Shown here: piece after piece, positions 32,101 through 40,469 of the stretch
Numbering within the stretch: the stretch's first letter is position 1
Layout: each line of letters begins with the position of its first letter
IMG/VR virus record: IMGVR_UViG_3300008111_000002
Span: 62,001 to 126,000 of that record
Reading direction: 5' to 3' (one strand)
DNA: 64,000 nucleotides
Translations under genes and position numbers: made by a program
Notes under the pieces: model-generated
The model's database searches: none
What the model saw: only the letters and a program-made list of their open reading frames with translations
Told to the model about the DNA's origin: nothing

Positions 32101-32585
32101 GAATTTAATATTAAAATAAATTGCTCATACCAATTAGAGTTTGTAGGATCGTTCCATACAATAGTTTGTTGTGCTAGATTCTTTCCATTACTGTCTATTA
32201 TGGGTTCTGTTGTGGTTATAGTATCAAACTTTAATAACCCTGAGGCTGCTATATTTCTTTTGGCATTATAAGAAAGCATTTTTGCTAATCTTAATACACT
32301 CTCTTTTCTATCTGCAAGATCAATGAAATTTTCTCTAGATGCAAGATCAATACGGAATGCTAGACTTTGACCTAAAAATGCAATAACATCAATAAGTGCA
32401 AGATATTCACTGCTTTCAATATAATCATTAAAGTCTTCTGGATAGTTTTCACGCAGATAGGTGATCATTACTCTGCGAAGATTTTCAAAGTCGTAGGATT
32501 TGAAATCAGCATTCTTAAATGTCTGATAAATTTTTGTCCAATCTTCAGCTAAAATTAAATTATTTTGTCTTGCAGTTGTAGTCAT
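29157..32585 (-). CDS. gp6: Baseplate wedge subunit, T4 gp6-like
   Basis: 1142 aa; 'YDFENLR..MITYL...EDFNDYIESS' and 'AP..YYTQNRMITAEDY' motifs; adjacent to gp25. Confidence 0.85.
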   Translation of the reverse strand: MTTTARQNNLILAEDWTKIYQTFKNADFKSYDFENLRRVMITYLRENYPEDFNDYIESSEYLALIDVIAFLGQSLAFRIDLASRENFIDLADRKESVLRLAKMLSYNAKRNIAASGLLKFDTITTTEPIIDSNGKNLAQQTIVWNDPTNSNWYEQFILILNSAMTPNTEFGKSQGEATIDGIKTQQYVFNTFSLDVPIFSFTKTAAARTTVFELVSTLIDSEKNIIKEEAPTPGSQLGFIFKTDGKGASSSNTGFYLLFKQGSMELADFAIPQPTTNEKVSVENANINNDDVWLFSLGANGTQGEQWTQVSNLSGNNILYNSVSKNIRNIYSVITKADDKIDLQFSDGIYGNLPQGSFRVYYRVSNGLNYSISPSEMRGISIEIPYVNKRGVSNTLSLSLGLKYTVSNSSSSEDIESIRSKAPAVYYTQNRMITAEDYNLAPLDASQEILKVKAVNRTTSGISRNFDIIDATGKYSTVNVFADDGLIYKNEIEKALSFKFSNRPQIVNFLRNTIEKEISSTSVYNFYLTRFDRVVFTDNNIHWLQVTKDRDLSTGYFRNVNDQTKIKVGNYTSTNMRFFEAGSLVKFVAPIGKAFKNGVLVTANVNDPFQTDRLWVKVVNTVGDGTNADRGVLANGLGPITFSEVVPTDAVISRIVPKFITDFDAALETEITNLMFNLQNFGLRYSIEDRKWRIITSSNLNINSTFFSSAQSGDTSGTNLDGSWIVAFVYTGVQYSIHIRELDYIFESLEQNRFYFDNQEKIYDSKNAAVIKDQIKILGINSNYTKITPLKQDISFEIRDSVRFNDGYQSTSSIKLGFFDSDDDGIIDNPDAFEIVAGEDKDLKYLFFQRTIDEYGAEIYKYIESSDDGNILVKDKTANEIGNINAYDVGQLIYFYDQSEEVVKRVIQTSTGSKTFELDSSYRANIGRNSVKFQYIHNAGVDRRIDPSVSNIIDVYLLTKNYEIAYVNWLRNDGTKPVAPNSNELRTQFGSKLSSIKSVSDEIIYHPVQFKPLFGAKADSQFRAQFKVVKNPNKTISDNDLKVRIIGAINEFFNVDGWDFGDKFYFSELATYVINSVSPDISNFVIVPRQISQEFGSLFEIQSRQDEIFTNAATVDDIEIVTGITAAELNLAATSVISNTSQ

Positions 32586-32603
32586 TTTACTGTCCCTATC
32601 ACA

Positions 32604-32610
32604 TATTTAC
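32604..32610 (-). promoter_or_regulatory. Late promoter variant GTAAATA
   Basis: About 20 nt upstream of the gp6 start. Confidence 0.45.
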
Positions 32611-32632
32611 CCAATAAAATTAAGTGCTATTA

Positions 32633-33073
32633 TTATCTAATAATATTATTTTCTTTATCAAAATTAAAAGTCATGCGTTCGTTAACATTAAAAGGCATAT
32701 AAACACAGTCTACTTCTATTCTCATTCCTTGATCTGTAGTGTCTATAGTAACTTTAGTAATTGTAATCCTTGGATCATAATTTACAATGTCTTCAACGTC
32801 TTTAGTTATTAATCTTTTATTTTCTTCAGTCATTGGTTCAAAAATCATATCCCATATAATTGTACCAAAATCAGGTTTTTCTAGTTTTTCACCTTTTCTA
32901 ATATGAAAGTGATTTATTAAATCTTGCTTGACAAGATCTATATCGTATAATTTAAATTTCTTTTTAGTTTGCTGACTACTAAATCCTTTATAGGTAAAGA
33001 AACTAGAATTGTTATCTCCGGTCGAAGCTTTGTTAATTGCAACGGTTTTTTGGTTATATAATTTGCTAGCCAT
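32633..33073 (-). CDS. gp25: Baseplate wedge/sheath-initiator protein, T4 gp25-like
   Basis: 146 aa; 'KQDLINHF.IRKGEK...PDFGTII...IFEP...YDPRI'. Confidence 0.85.
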   Translation of the reverse strand: MASKLYNQKTVAINKASTGDNNSSFFTYKGFSSQQTKKKFKLYDIDLVKQDLINHFHIRKGEKLEKPDFGTIIWDMIFEPMTEENKRLITKDVEDIVNYDPRITITKVTIDTTDQGMRIEVDCVYMPFNVNERMTFNFDKENNIIR

Positions 33074-33075
33074 AG

Positions 33076-34725
33076 TTAATCAAAGTCCCTATCGGTGTTT
33101 TCTTTGGTCCAAATTGTTGGAGCAAAATTTTCGTGTCCTAGCCAAGGTTCGTGCATGGGAACTCTACGCATAATGCTTGACAACGTTTTCGTATCTTGAT
33201 ATTTCTTTTCCCATCCAAGATTAGTATCGTTGATAAAATTCTCTCGTTTATTCAACGGTTGGGCTACTGTAGCTTCTGTAGCTTCTTTGGCTTTTGGACC
33301 ATTCATATCGATTCGTGCCGCTTGTTCTGTATAATTTTTACCAGACTTTACGTCAGTATTTCCTACGGTAGTAATCTTTGTATCTTTACCAACTTTTAAA
33401 TCGTAACCGCCTTGAACAGTAATTTTTTTGTCTTGAAGAACAACTTCATCACTATTACCATTTACTAATATTGTTCCATTTTTTCCAACTAATAAATTAT
33501 AATTTCCTGCAGCTTCAAGATGAATTCTTCCAGACTCACGCTTAGCCTCATCTCTAACAACACCATCACTGCCTGTTGTTGGAGTTCCATATAAATTTTT
33601 AGCACTTTTATATTGACCTGTAGCGGCCATATTAATATTTCTACCTGCTTCTAAATTAATGTCTCTATCGGCACGGATGTTTAAATCGTTATGTGTATGG
33701 ATGCTTATACTGTCATCTGCAAAAATATCAATTTTTCCATTGCTGGTTAATTCTATCCAGGTTGTGCCTTTGGCATTGCCAATATAAATTAAATCTTCGC
33801 TGTTGTGAAATAATAACTGATGACCTGTTCTAGTTCGTATTCTAAAGTACTCGCTGTAAGGAATATTATCTTGACCCTTTTCACCGTTTAGAGTATCGGC
33901 ATATTCTACTCCACCCTTGTCTGCCGAAGTTTTTCTAACATATTGATCATCTCCGTCGTCCATTACCAGCTGTGTACCACCTAATCTACTTACCGGAATT
34001 GGTTTAGGAGAATCGCCTATCTTTACTTTTTTACCTTTTTGATCTAAGGGACCAGGAGTTGAAATTCCAAATACCATATTTGGAAGATTGCGCCTAGCAG
34101 TTGATGGTGACGTTCCTCGACAATCATCTTCTAATAATCCCTGTTGTAAAAATCTATCCGCAATTGGATGGACTGGTTTGGGAATTTTTTCAACCTTAGT
34201 GGAATTTTTTAAATCATTTGCAATTCTATTAATTTCTGCTACAGGTAGCGGCATTTCTGTAGAATATCTTTTTTTATCTGCCGCATTAATATCTAATTCT
34301 AAACTACCGCCAATAGCTGGTATCATATGATTGGCAAATTTATCTGGTACACATGCCACCCAAAATCCATCATCTGGCTCGCCGTTGGCAAACATACATA
34401 GAACTGTTACGCCTACATCAGGAGGAACAAACCACATTCCGTAACTTTTTTGTGTATCATCAAATCCAGTTTGTGCATTTGTTTTAGCAGCAGTGTTTTG
34501 ACCTTGAAAATTAAAATCGGTTGATCCATAAAATGGTGTTGCACATTTGACAGAATATTGCTGTTTAACGTCAAATTTATCATTACCCTGCTCTCTTAAT
34601 AGACAAACACGCAATGTCCCCATATATGAAGGATCAACATGGCCTACTACAATAGCCTTGTATATTCCTGTTCCCATATTTCTACGAGAAGTATTTTCAG
34701 ACGATTCCCATATATCCTGACTCAT
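33076..34725 (-). CDS. gp5: Baseplate central spike, gp5/VgrG-like
   Basis: 549 aa; N-terminal OB-fold 'DPSYMGTLRV...SYGMWFVPPDVGVTVLCMF..G', 'RIRTRTGHQLLF' and beta-helix-like C-terminus; no lysozyme domain seen. Confidence 0.75.
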   Translation of the reverse strand: MSQDIWESSENTSRRNMGTGIYKAIVVGHVDPSYMGTLRVCLLREQGNDKFDVKQQYSVKCATPFYGSTDFNFQGQNTAAKTNAQTGFDDTQKSYGMWFVPPDVGVTVLCMFANGEPDDGFWVACVPDKFANHMIPAIGGSLELDINAADKKRYSTEMPLPVAEINRIANDLKNSTKVEKIPKPVHPIADRFLQQGLLEDDCRGTSPSTARRNLPNMVFGISTPGPLDQKGKKVKIGDSPKPIPVSRLGGTQLVMDDGDDQYVRKTSADKGGVEYADTLNGEKGQDNIPYSEYFRIRTRTGHQLLFHNSEDLIYIGNAKGTTWIELTSNGKIDIFADDSISIHTHNDLNIRADRDINLEAGRNINMAATGQYKSAKNLYGTPTTGSDGVVRDEAKRESGRIHLEAAGNYNLLVGKNGTILVNGNSDEVVLQDKKITVQGGYDLKVGKDTKITTVGNTDVKSGKNYTEQAARIDMNGPKAKEATEATVAQPLNKRENFINDTNLGWEKKYQDTKTLSSIMRRVPMHEPWLGHENFAPTIWTKENTDRDFD

Positions 34726-37079
34726 GCTTCGTCTCCATCTGTATTTGCAAAACCGGCATCTGATCGAAGATCTGGGTCTGGCTCTACTGTTACTCCATCA
34801 AATGTAACTACACCCGATTCTTGAACTTGTAGAGCCGACGAAAGATCTATTTTTGGTTGTGTTTCTATATTGTAATCTGTTGCTTGACCTGGCATTCTAT
34901 TCATCTTTAATAATTGAGTAAATTTTCCGTCGTTAAATTTGCTTTCGCAACTTAAAATTTTGTATATTCCGCTAAACCCACTAATTTTTCCTTCATTAGG
35001 AAAACCGTACAATCCCTTTCCTTCTAACACATCCGACGGAGTTCTAAAAGTAACATAGATATAAACATCACTACCTTCATAAGTAGGAGTTCCGTCTATG
35101 GTTACGGCATCATCAAATTTTGGAGCTATATAATTACCTATTCCGCTATCAATCAACCAAAAAGTATCTCCTAGCAGTTCAATATTACAGACAATCATAT
35201 CTCCACTGTTTAAGAAACTGCGTTGAAACGCTTCAGCAACTTTTTTCTCCGGACTCGAGTCACTACTACCTCCGGAATATTGCTTCCATAATAATGCAGG
35301 GTCATTTTTAATTGGAGCAACTCCAGATTTAGCTGTGATTGTTTCTACCCCAGCTTTTGGTTGTGTTACATATTTTGTAACTACTTTAGCAGCCGACGAT
35401 TGCGATCCTCGATTCTCAACTGCACCTGTCTTATCCGGTGGGGAGGGATTAGCACCTGAAAAGAACGCAGTATTAAACTGCATATCAAATTTTATTATAT
35501 TACTATTCTGACCAGTGTATATATAATCATATCTTTTGGCAATTTTCTTTTCTAATCCCGGATATCCGCCAACAGCAGAAGTTGGATTCATAAAGAAAGA
35601 ATAATGTACCCGATAAGGTACAATTCTATAAATTATTTTTTTAGCAAAATCTTTTGCCACAGTATCAAAATCAAGTAATTGAATTTGTACATCAATTTTA
35701 AACCAAGCAATCGTTCCGTCGGCTTCAGAGATTTTTTTAAACGTTTCTTGACCAAATTTACTACTAATAATGATTTGTGTTATAATATGAGTGATTGTTT
35801 GACCTTGCGTAAATTTAAATTCTCTCTTAGTTGCACTCATTTCAACTTTTGATTTATCTAATTTACCAGTATCAGGATTATATGATGATGATTCTCTTTG
35901 CATAGGGTATGTACCACCCGAGGCAGCATTGAATCCCATATCGCTGTTTCCAATTTCATTATTACCAAAATTTGTTGTAGCAGAAGGTGGAGAAATAACT
36001 TTTACCGGAATGTATTCAAATGGTGTAACAGTGGCTCCTCCGCTAACATCTGGCGTTTCAGCATCTAACCCAAAAGAATCATTTCCATCCTTGGGAAATA
36101 TAAAGACATATTGATTTTCTTTAGTTTGATGGTTACCATTTTTTACATTATTTTTTTGTTCTTCATTTAAAACTGCTGATAAAGATTGTTCGCCCGTAGC
36201 TAACAATTCTAATACACTTGAGCCAACTAGAGTAATATCCTTATAAATGGTATTAGTAACTTTACCCATCGCCTGATGATTAAAAGGTATTGCTTCAACT
36301 TTGTAAGAACTTCCTGATTCTGTTACATCAAATTTTACTGATAATAATTTACAGGTAAAATATTTTGATACTTTTAATTTTACCGGAGTACCGTCATCCT
36401 TATATCCTTGGAAGTCTAATTTTAAAAGGTAAGGTGTGTTGTCTAAGTAACTAGCATACCCTGCTTTTAATGCTGCATTTTGAAGACTTTGTAAAAATAA
36501 TCCCATCGAATAAGGTTCGTAAATGTCAAACGTAAATTTTATAGCGTTAGAATTTCCTGTTTTTTGATTGGGAGCAATAACTGATGTCATAACAAAGTTA
36601 TTAACAAAATATTCGGGAGCCCCGTATTCTGTTCCTACTCTATATTGATCATACCTACCAGCAGACGCAAATATTATACCAGACTGAATTACGTTGCCAA
36701 CTGGATCTACATATGCATCGCCGGCAAATGCTGCACCCGATCCTCTGTAGGAACGAGGATTGTTAAATTGTTTAGGAGTTAAAACTGCCAATGTCCATAA
36801 TGGCGAATAAGATGCAAAGCTATCTAATGGATTAGAAATTAATTCTGATTTATATGAGGGGCTATATGTAAAAACGCTATCGTTACTGCCACTACCGCTG
36901 GCATTAGAAGCGTTATTTGTATTAGCAGAAGACGGTGCCGCTGAAACTGATCCATCAGTATTTTGACCCACCTTTGTTGTAGCACTAGCCGGACGCTCAT
37001 TGGTAGTTTGAAATGCTGAACCTTTTTGTACCTTTGAAGCAGGTGCAGTTACCTTTGGACTATAAACGCTTAATGGCAT
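34722..37079 (-). CDS. Baseplate hub protein (gp27-like position)
   Basis: 785 aa directly upstream of gp5; C-terminal 'SGIYKIL..ES.F..GKFTQ.L' typical of hub proteins. Confidence 0.55.
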   Translation of the reverse strand: MPLSVYSPKVTAPASKVQKGSAFQTTNERPASATTKVGQNTDGSVSAAPSSANTNNASNASGSGSNDSVFTYSPSYKSELISNPLDSFASYSPLWTLAVLTPKQFNNPRSYRGSGAAFAGDAYVDPVGNVIQSGIIFASAGRYDQYRVGTEYGAPEYFVNNFVMTSVIAPNQKTGNSNAIKFTFDIYEPYSMGLFLQSLQNAALKAGYASYLDNTPYLLKLDFQGYKDDGTPVKLKVSKYFTCKLLSVKFDVTESGSSYKVEAIPFNHQAMGKVTNTIYKDITLVGSSVLELLATGEQSLSAVLNEEQKNNVKNGNHQTKENQYVFIFPKDGNDSFGLDAETPDVSGGATVTPFEYIPVKVISPPSATTNFGNNEIGNSDMGFNAASGGTYPMQRESSSYNPDTGKLDKSKVEMSATKREFKFTQGQTITHIITQIIISSKFGQETFKKISEADGTIAWFKIDVQIQLLDFDTVAKDFAKKIIYRIVPYRVHYSFFMNPTSAVGGYPGLEKKIAKRYDYIYTGQNSNIIKFDMQFNTAFFSGANPSPPDKTGAVENRGSQSSAAKVVTKYVTQPKAGVETITAKSGVAPIKNDPALLWKQYSGGSSDSSPEKKVAEAFQRSFLNSGDMIVCNIELLGDTFWLIDSGIGNYIAPKFDDAVTIDGTPTYEGSDVYIYVTFRTPSDVLEGKGLYGFPNEGKISGFSGIYKILSCESKFNDGKFTQLLKMNRMPGQATDYNIETQPKIDLSSALQVQESGVVTFDGVTVEPDPDLRSDAGFANTDGDEA

Positions 37080-37080
37080 C

Positions 37081-37380
37081 TTATACTCCTAAAAATGTAG
37101 AAAGATTAGATTTTTTAGGTAGATAAATTTGTGTTCCGGGTAAAAAATCAAATATAGGATCTTTTAAAATATTCATGTTTCGTTGTGTAAATACCCACCA
37201 CAGTTTACTATCATAGTATAAATCATAAGCTAAAAGATCTGGTCTATATTTGTACTGATTTTCAATAATGTATAAAAAATCATCTGGTTCAGATGGCACT
37301 GGTCTAATTCTTAAAGTTTCAAGATAAAGATTATTTTGTGTAGTTAAGGACCACGGACTATTATTATTGTAAATTGCCAT
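37081..37380 (-). CDS. gp53: Baseplate wedge protein, gp53/LysM-like
   Basis: 99 aa; 'YRPDLLAYDLY...LWWVF..RN...DPIFDF.PGT.I.LP'. Confidence 0.7.
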   Translation of the reverse strand: MAIYNNNSPWSLTTQNNLYLETLRIRPVPSEPDDFLYIIENQYKYRPDLLAYDLYYDSKLWWVFTQRNMNILKDPIFDFLPGTQIYLPKKSNLSTFLGV

Positions 37381-37381
37381 A

Positions 37382-38494
37382 TTATATTAATCCTACCTCT
37401 TTTCCTGCTGCAAAGTTTTGTAAACTAAACTTACGTAAACGTTCTCTGTTGTATACTGGCATTAGCGTTACAGTTAATGACGAAAGAACTGGCACCCATG
37501 TGCTTGTGCCGCCACGAAGTACTTCGATATAATTTACATCGTCTTTTAATTCTATTTGAAAGGATTTAACTACTACTGGTATATTGTTTAATAACTGAGG
37601 ACCGTATCCAGAAAGTGTACACACAATTGGAGGGTTACCAGCAAACGCTCCTTCACCATAAAACATTTTTGTTGCAGATCTTAAAAACATAGTAGCTTCT
37701 AAATAATATTCGCCATCTGTAGAAGTCTCTGCTGGAAAATCTCCGCTGATAGTTATATCATCTACTTGACTATTTTTATATGCTTGAAATGGAAAATTAC
37801 TGTGAACCGGATCAATTGATGAATAATTTGCCTTACTGGAAATATTCATATTTGGTGTAAAAGGGAATACCAATCCCCTAGTTAATCCTAATCTTGGAAA
37901 CGTACCGGCACCAAATAAAGTATCAAAATCACAATTAAGACGAACACGCCAGTCGCCCTCTAATGCCGGTGTTAGATTAATTCTTGCTGTTTGTTCAAAA
38001 AGTTCAGCACCACTAGGTAAGTTTTTTCCTCTGCCTCGACTTAAAATATTATTAAGTACGCCGGCGGCAGCAGATATTTGACCAGCGGCAGCAAGTATGC
38101 CAGAGCCAACTCCTCCTGAGCTAGCTTCTCCGCCAGTCAGAGCATTAATAACCCCTGCAGTATCCGATGCTGCGTTTGATATTACACCAGCAGCCGACCC
38201 GGCAAGACCTAACGCACCTCTAAAACCACCAACAATAGTCGATACACTACCATTAGTTCCATTAGTAGAACTAGCACCACCCAAGGACCTTTGAGAGTTA
38301 TTAGCTGCGCCGGCTGTAGTTGACCATGCTACGCCTGCTCCTCCGCTAGCTCTAGATACTTTATTATCTAAATCAGACTTAGAAGTACCAGCACCACCAA
38401 ATCCTAAAAATCCACTAACAGCATTAGTAGCTTTACTTGCGGCAGCAGATGCATCATTTAAAAATTTTGTAACTGGGTTAACTGATAGTGACAT
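37382..38494 (-). CDS. Tail tube initiator/baseplate protein (gp48/gp54-like)
   Basis: 370 aa; low-complexity G/A/S N-terminus; C-terminal tube-like domain 'FPFTP.M...ANY...PVHSNF...YKNS.V..I.I.G.F'. Confidence 0.55.
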   Translation of the reverse strand: MSLSVNPVTKFLNDASAAASKATNAVSGFLGFGGAGTSKSDLDNKVSRASGGAGVAWSTTAGAANNSQRSLGGASSTNGTNGSVSTIVGGFRGALGLAGSAAGVISNAASDTAGVINALTGGEASSGGVGSGILAAAGQISAAAGVLNNILSRGRGKNLPSGAELFEQTARINLTPALEGDWRVRLNCDFDTLFGAGTFPRLGLTRGLVFPFTPNMNISSKANYSSIDPVHSNFPFQAYKNSQVDDITISGDFPAETSTDGEYYLEATMFLRSATKMFYGEGAFAGNPPIVCTLSGYGPQLLNNIPVVVKSFQIELKDDVNYIEVLRGGTSTWVPVLSSLTVTLMPVYNRERLRKFSLQNFAAGKEVGLI

Positions 38495-38520
38495 TTTGGT
38501 GATCTTTCCTCTGTTTACTC

Positions 38521-38527
38521 TATTTAT
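38521..38527 (-). promoter_or_regulatory. T4-type late promoter ATAAATA driving the baseplate operon
   Basis: Motif 27 nt upstream of the 38494 start. Confidence 0.6.
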
Positions 38528-38540
38528 TATTATAAAAATG

Positions 38541-38549
38541 TGCTATTAT
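38541..38549 (+). promoter_or_regulatory. Extended -10 sigma70-type promoter (TGcTATTAT) for gp55
   Basis: TGn + TATTAT upstream of the GAGGA SD. Confidence 0.4.
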
Positions 38550-38572
38550 TATAAGTAGTAGAGGACTGATTA

Positions 38573-39427
38573 TTGATGAACACAACAATACCAAAAATAA
38601 AATATCTAACAAATAAAGATTTATTAAGAGAAATACACCTAAGCAAAAACACTTACTGCACATTTACAGATCCAACTTATTCAGAATATGATATGATTGT
38701 TACGGATCTTAGTAAAATTAACATTCGAACCATTGCAGAAGCCAAACGTAACAAAGCAGCTAAATTATCTAAGCAAGCACACGAAAGAGCTCAACTTACT
38801 GATAAAAAAGCATCGGCTAGAGATCATGAAATTGACTATAAAAAAGTAGCCAAATCTGATGTTGTGTTTAGGGTCATGACATTCGATCATGTTCCGCTTG
38901 CTCCTGGTCGTAAAAAGACTGTTAAGTCTAGAGCTGACAGTCACGAAAAAGTAAACTTTCCTCCTTTTCAACATTGGAAGTTTGATGAAAATGACAATCT
39001 AATTTGTGTGGGTAAAAGCCATTGGAAGGGCGATGTACAACTAGGCGAATTTAATAAAGAACACGGACAAATGACTAACAATCTGGCTCGTATGTTTATT
39101 AAATTGTGCGAACGATACGCTACCAGAGGTAACGTTAGAGGTTACACATACAACGACGAAATGCGGGGACAAGCTATTCTGCAACTAACACAGATAGGTT
39201 TACAATTTGATGAATCTAAATCTAATAATCCTTTTGCTTATTATACTGCTGCTGTCACTAACTCATTCGTGCGCATCATTAACATCGAAAAACGTAATCA
39301 AAATATTAGAGACGACATACTAGAAATGAATGGTATGAATCCTAGCTGGACCAGACAAAACAGTAGCGGTAACAATTACAGCGGCCCTGTAACAGACGGT
39401 AGTGGTGGCGGTGGCGATTGGGATTGA
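38573..39427 (+). CDS. gp55: Late-transcription sigma factor, T4 gp55-like
   Basis: 284 aa; 'YTYNDEMRGQAI...FDESKSNNPFAYYT...NSF.R.I..EKR'; start may be ATG 38576. Confidence 0.9.
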   Translation: MMNTTIPKIKYLTNKDLLREIHLSKNTYCTFTDPTYSEYDMIVTDLSKINIRTIAEAKRNKAAKLSKQAHERAQLTDKKASARDHEIDYKKVAKSDVVFRVMTFDHVPLAPGRKKTVKSRADSHEKVNFPPFQHWKFDENDNLICVGKSHWKGDVQLGEFNKEHGQMTNNLARMFIKLCERYATRGNVRGYTYNDEMRGQAILQLTQIGLQFDESKSNNPFAYYTAAVTNSFVRIINIEKRNQNIRDDILEMNGMNPSWTRQNSSGNNYSGPVTDGSGGGGDWD

Positions 39428-39452
39428 TTTTTAAATCCTGTTGTTATAAAAT
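39424..39452 (+). promoter_or_regulatory. Sigma70-type promoter for gp47
   Basis: TTGATT-17 nt-TAAAAT ending 6 nt before the ATG. Confidence 0.45.
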
Positions 39453-39458
39453 ACATCT

Positions 39459-40469
39459 ATGAATCTATTTAAAAAAGTAGCCTGCTTTACTGACATCCAT
39501 TTTGGACTCAAAGGCGGCAGTAGGGTCCACAATCAAGATTGTGAAGATTTTGTTACATGGTTTTGTGAAACAGCCAAAGCTAATGGTTGCGAAACAGCTA
39601 TATTTCTAGGCGATTGGCATCATAATAGATCAACTACTGATGTCAGTACAATGAATTATACTGTTAGTAATCTAGAAAAATTGAATAATTCGTTTGAACG
39701 TGTATATTTGATCCTAGGTAATCACGACGAGTACTATAAAGACAAACGAGAAATACACAGTTTAGAATTTGCTAGACTATTTCCTAACATTGTACCCATT
39801 AACAAAATACATACCGACGGTGATGTAACTATTATGCCTTGGTTAATTGGTGACGAATGGCAAAAAGTTTCTAAAATTAAAAGCCGCTATATGTTTGGTC
39901 ACTTAGAACTTCCGCACTTTTATATGAATGCCATGGTGCAGATGCCAGATCACGGACAGTTGCAGAGCACACATTTTCAAAATCAAGAATATGTGTTCAC
40001 TGGACATTTCCACAAGCGTCAGACCAGCAGAAATATTACCTACATTGGTAATGCATTTCCTCACAACTATGCAGATGCAGGCGACGATGATCGCGGCATG
40101 ATGATTTTAGAATGGGGCAAAGAGCCCGAATATCATACTTGGCCTGGACAACCTGTGTTTAGAGTCTATAAACTCAGTCAAATTGTAGAAGAGCATGAAA
40201 AGTATTTGCGTGAAAAAATGCACGTCAGGGTCAATATTGACATTCCTATTACGTTTGAGGAATCCAATTTCATCAAAGAAACATTTATTAAACAATACAA
40301 GCTACGAGAAATGATGCTGATTCCGCAAAAAGAAGAAATGCAAGACATAGAATTTACGGGTGATATTGCATTTGAAAGCGTAGACACTATTGTTGTTAAC
40401 CAGTTAACAGCCATTGACTCAGAAGCATACGATAAAAAACTGTTATTGGACATTTACCATAATCTATGA
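39459..40469 (+). CDS. gp47: Recombination nuclease, Mre11/SbcD-like (T4 gp47)
   Basis: Metallophosphoesterase motifs DIH, GD, GNHD, GH, GHFH. Confidence 0.92.
   Translation: MNLFKKVACFTDIHFGLKGGSRVHNQDCEDFVTWFCETAKANGCETAIFLGDWHHNRSTTDVSTMNYTVSNLEKLNNSFERVYLILGNHDEYYKDKREIHSLEFARLFPNIVPINKIHTDGDVTIMPWLIGDEWQKVSKIKSRYMFGHLELPHFYMNAMVQMPDHGQLQSTHFQNQEYVFTGHFHKRQTSRNITYIGNAFPHNYADAGDDDRGMMILEWGKEPEYHTWPGQPVFRVYKLSQIVEEHEKYLREKMHVRVNIDIPITFEESNFIKETFIKQYKLREMMLIPQKEEMQDIEFTGDIAFESVDTIVVNQLTAIDSEAYDKKLLLDIYHNL

Noticed and set aside
32633-33073. Lysozyme activity for the gp25-like protein
   Set aside because: The gp25 fold is a structural sheath initiator; no catalytic motif is evident.
40378-40385. 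Additional GCGTAGAC match inside gp47 (and GTAGACCA inside the GIY-YIG gene)
   Set aside because: 7-8-nt matches in coding sequence are expected by chance; no accompanying AACCCGCA motif or leader structure.
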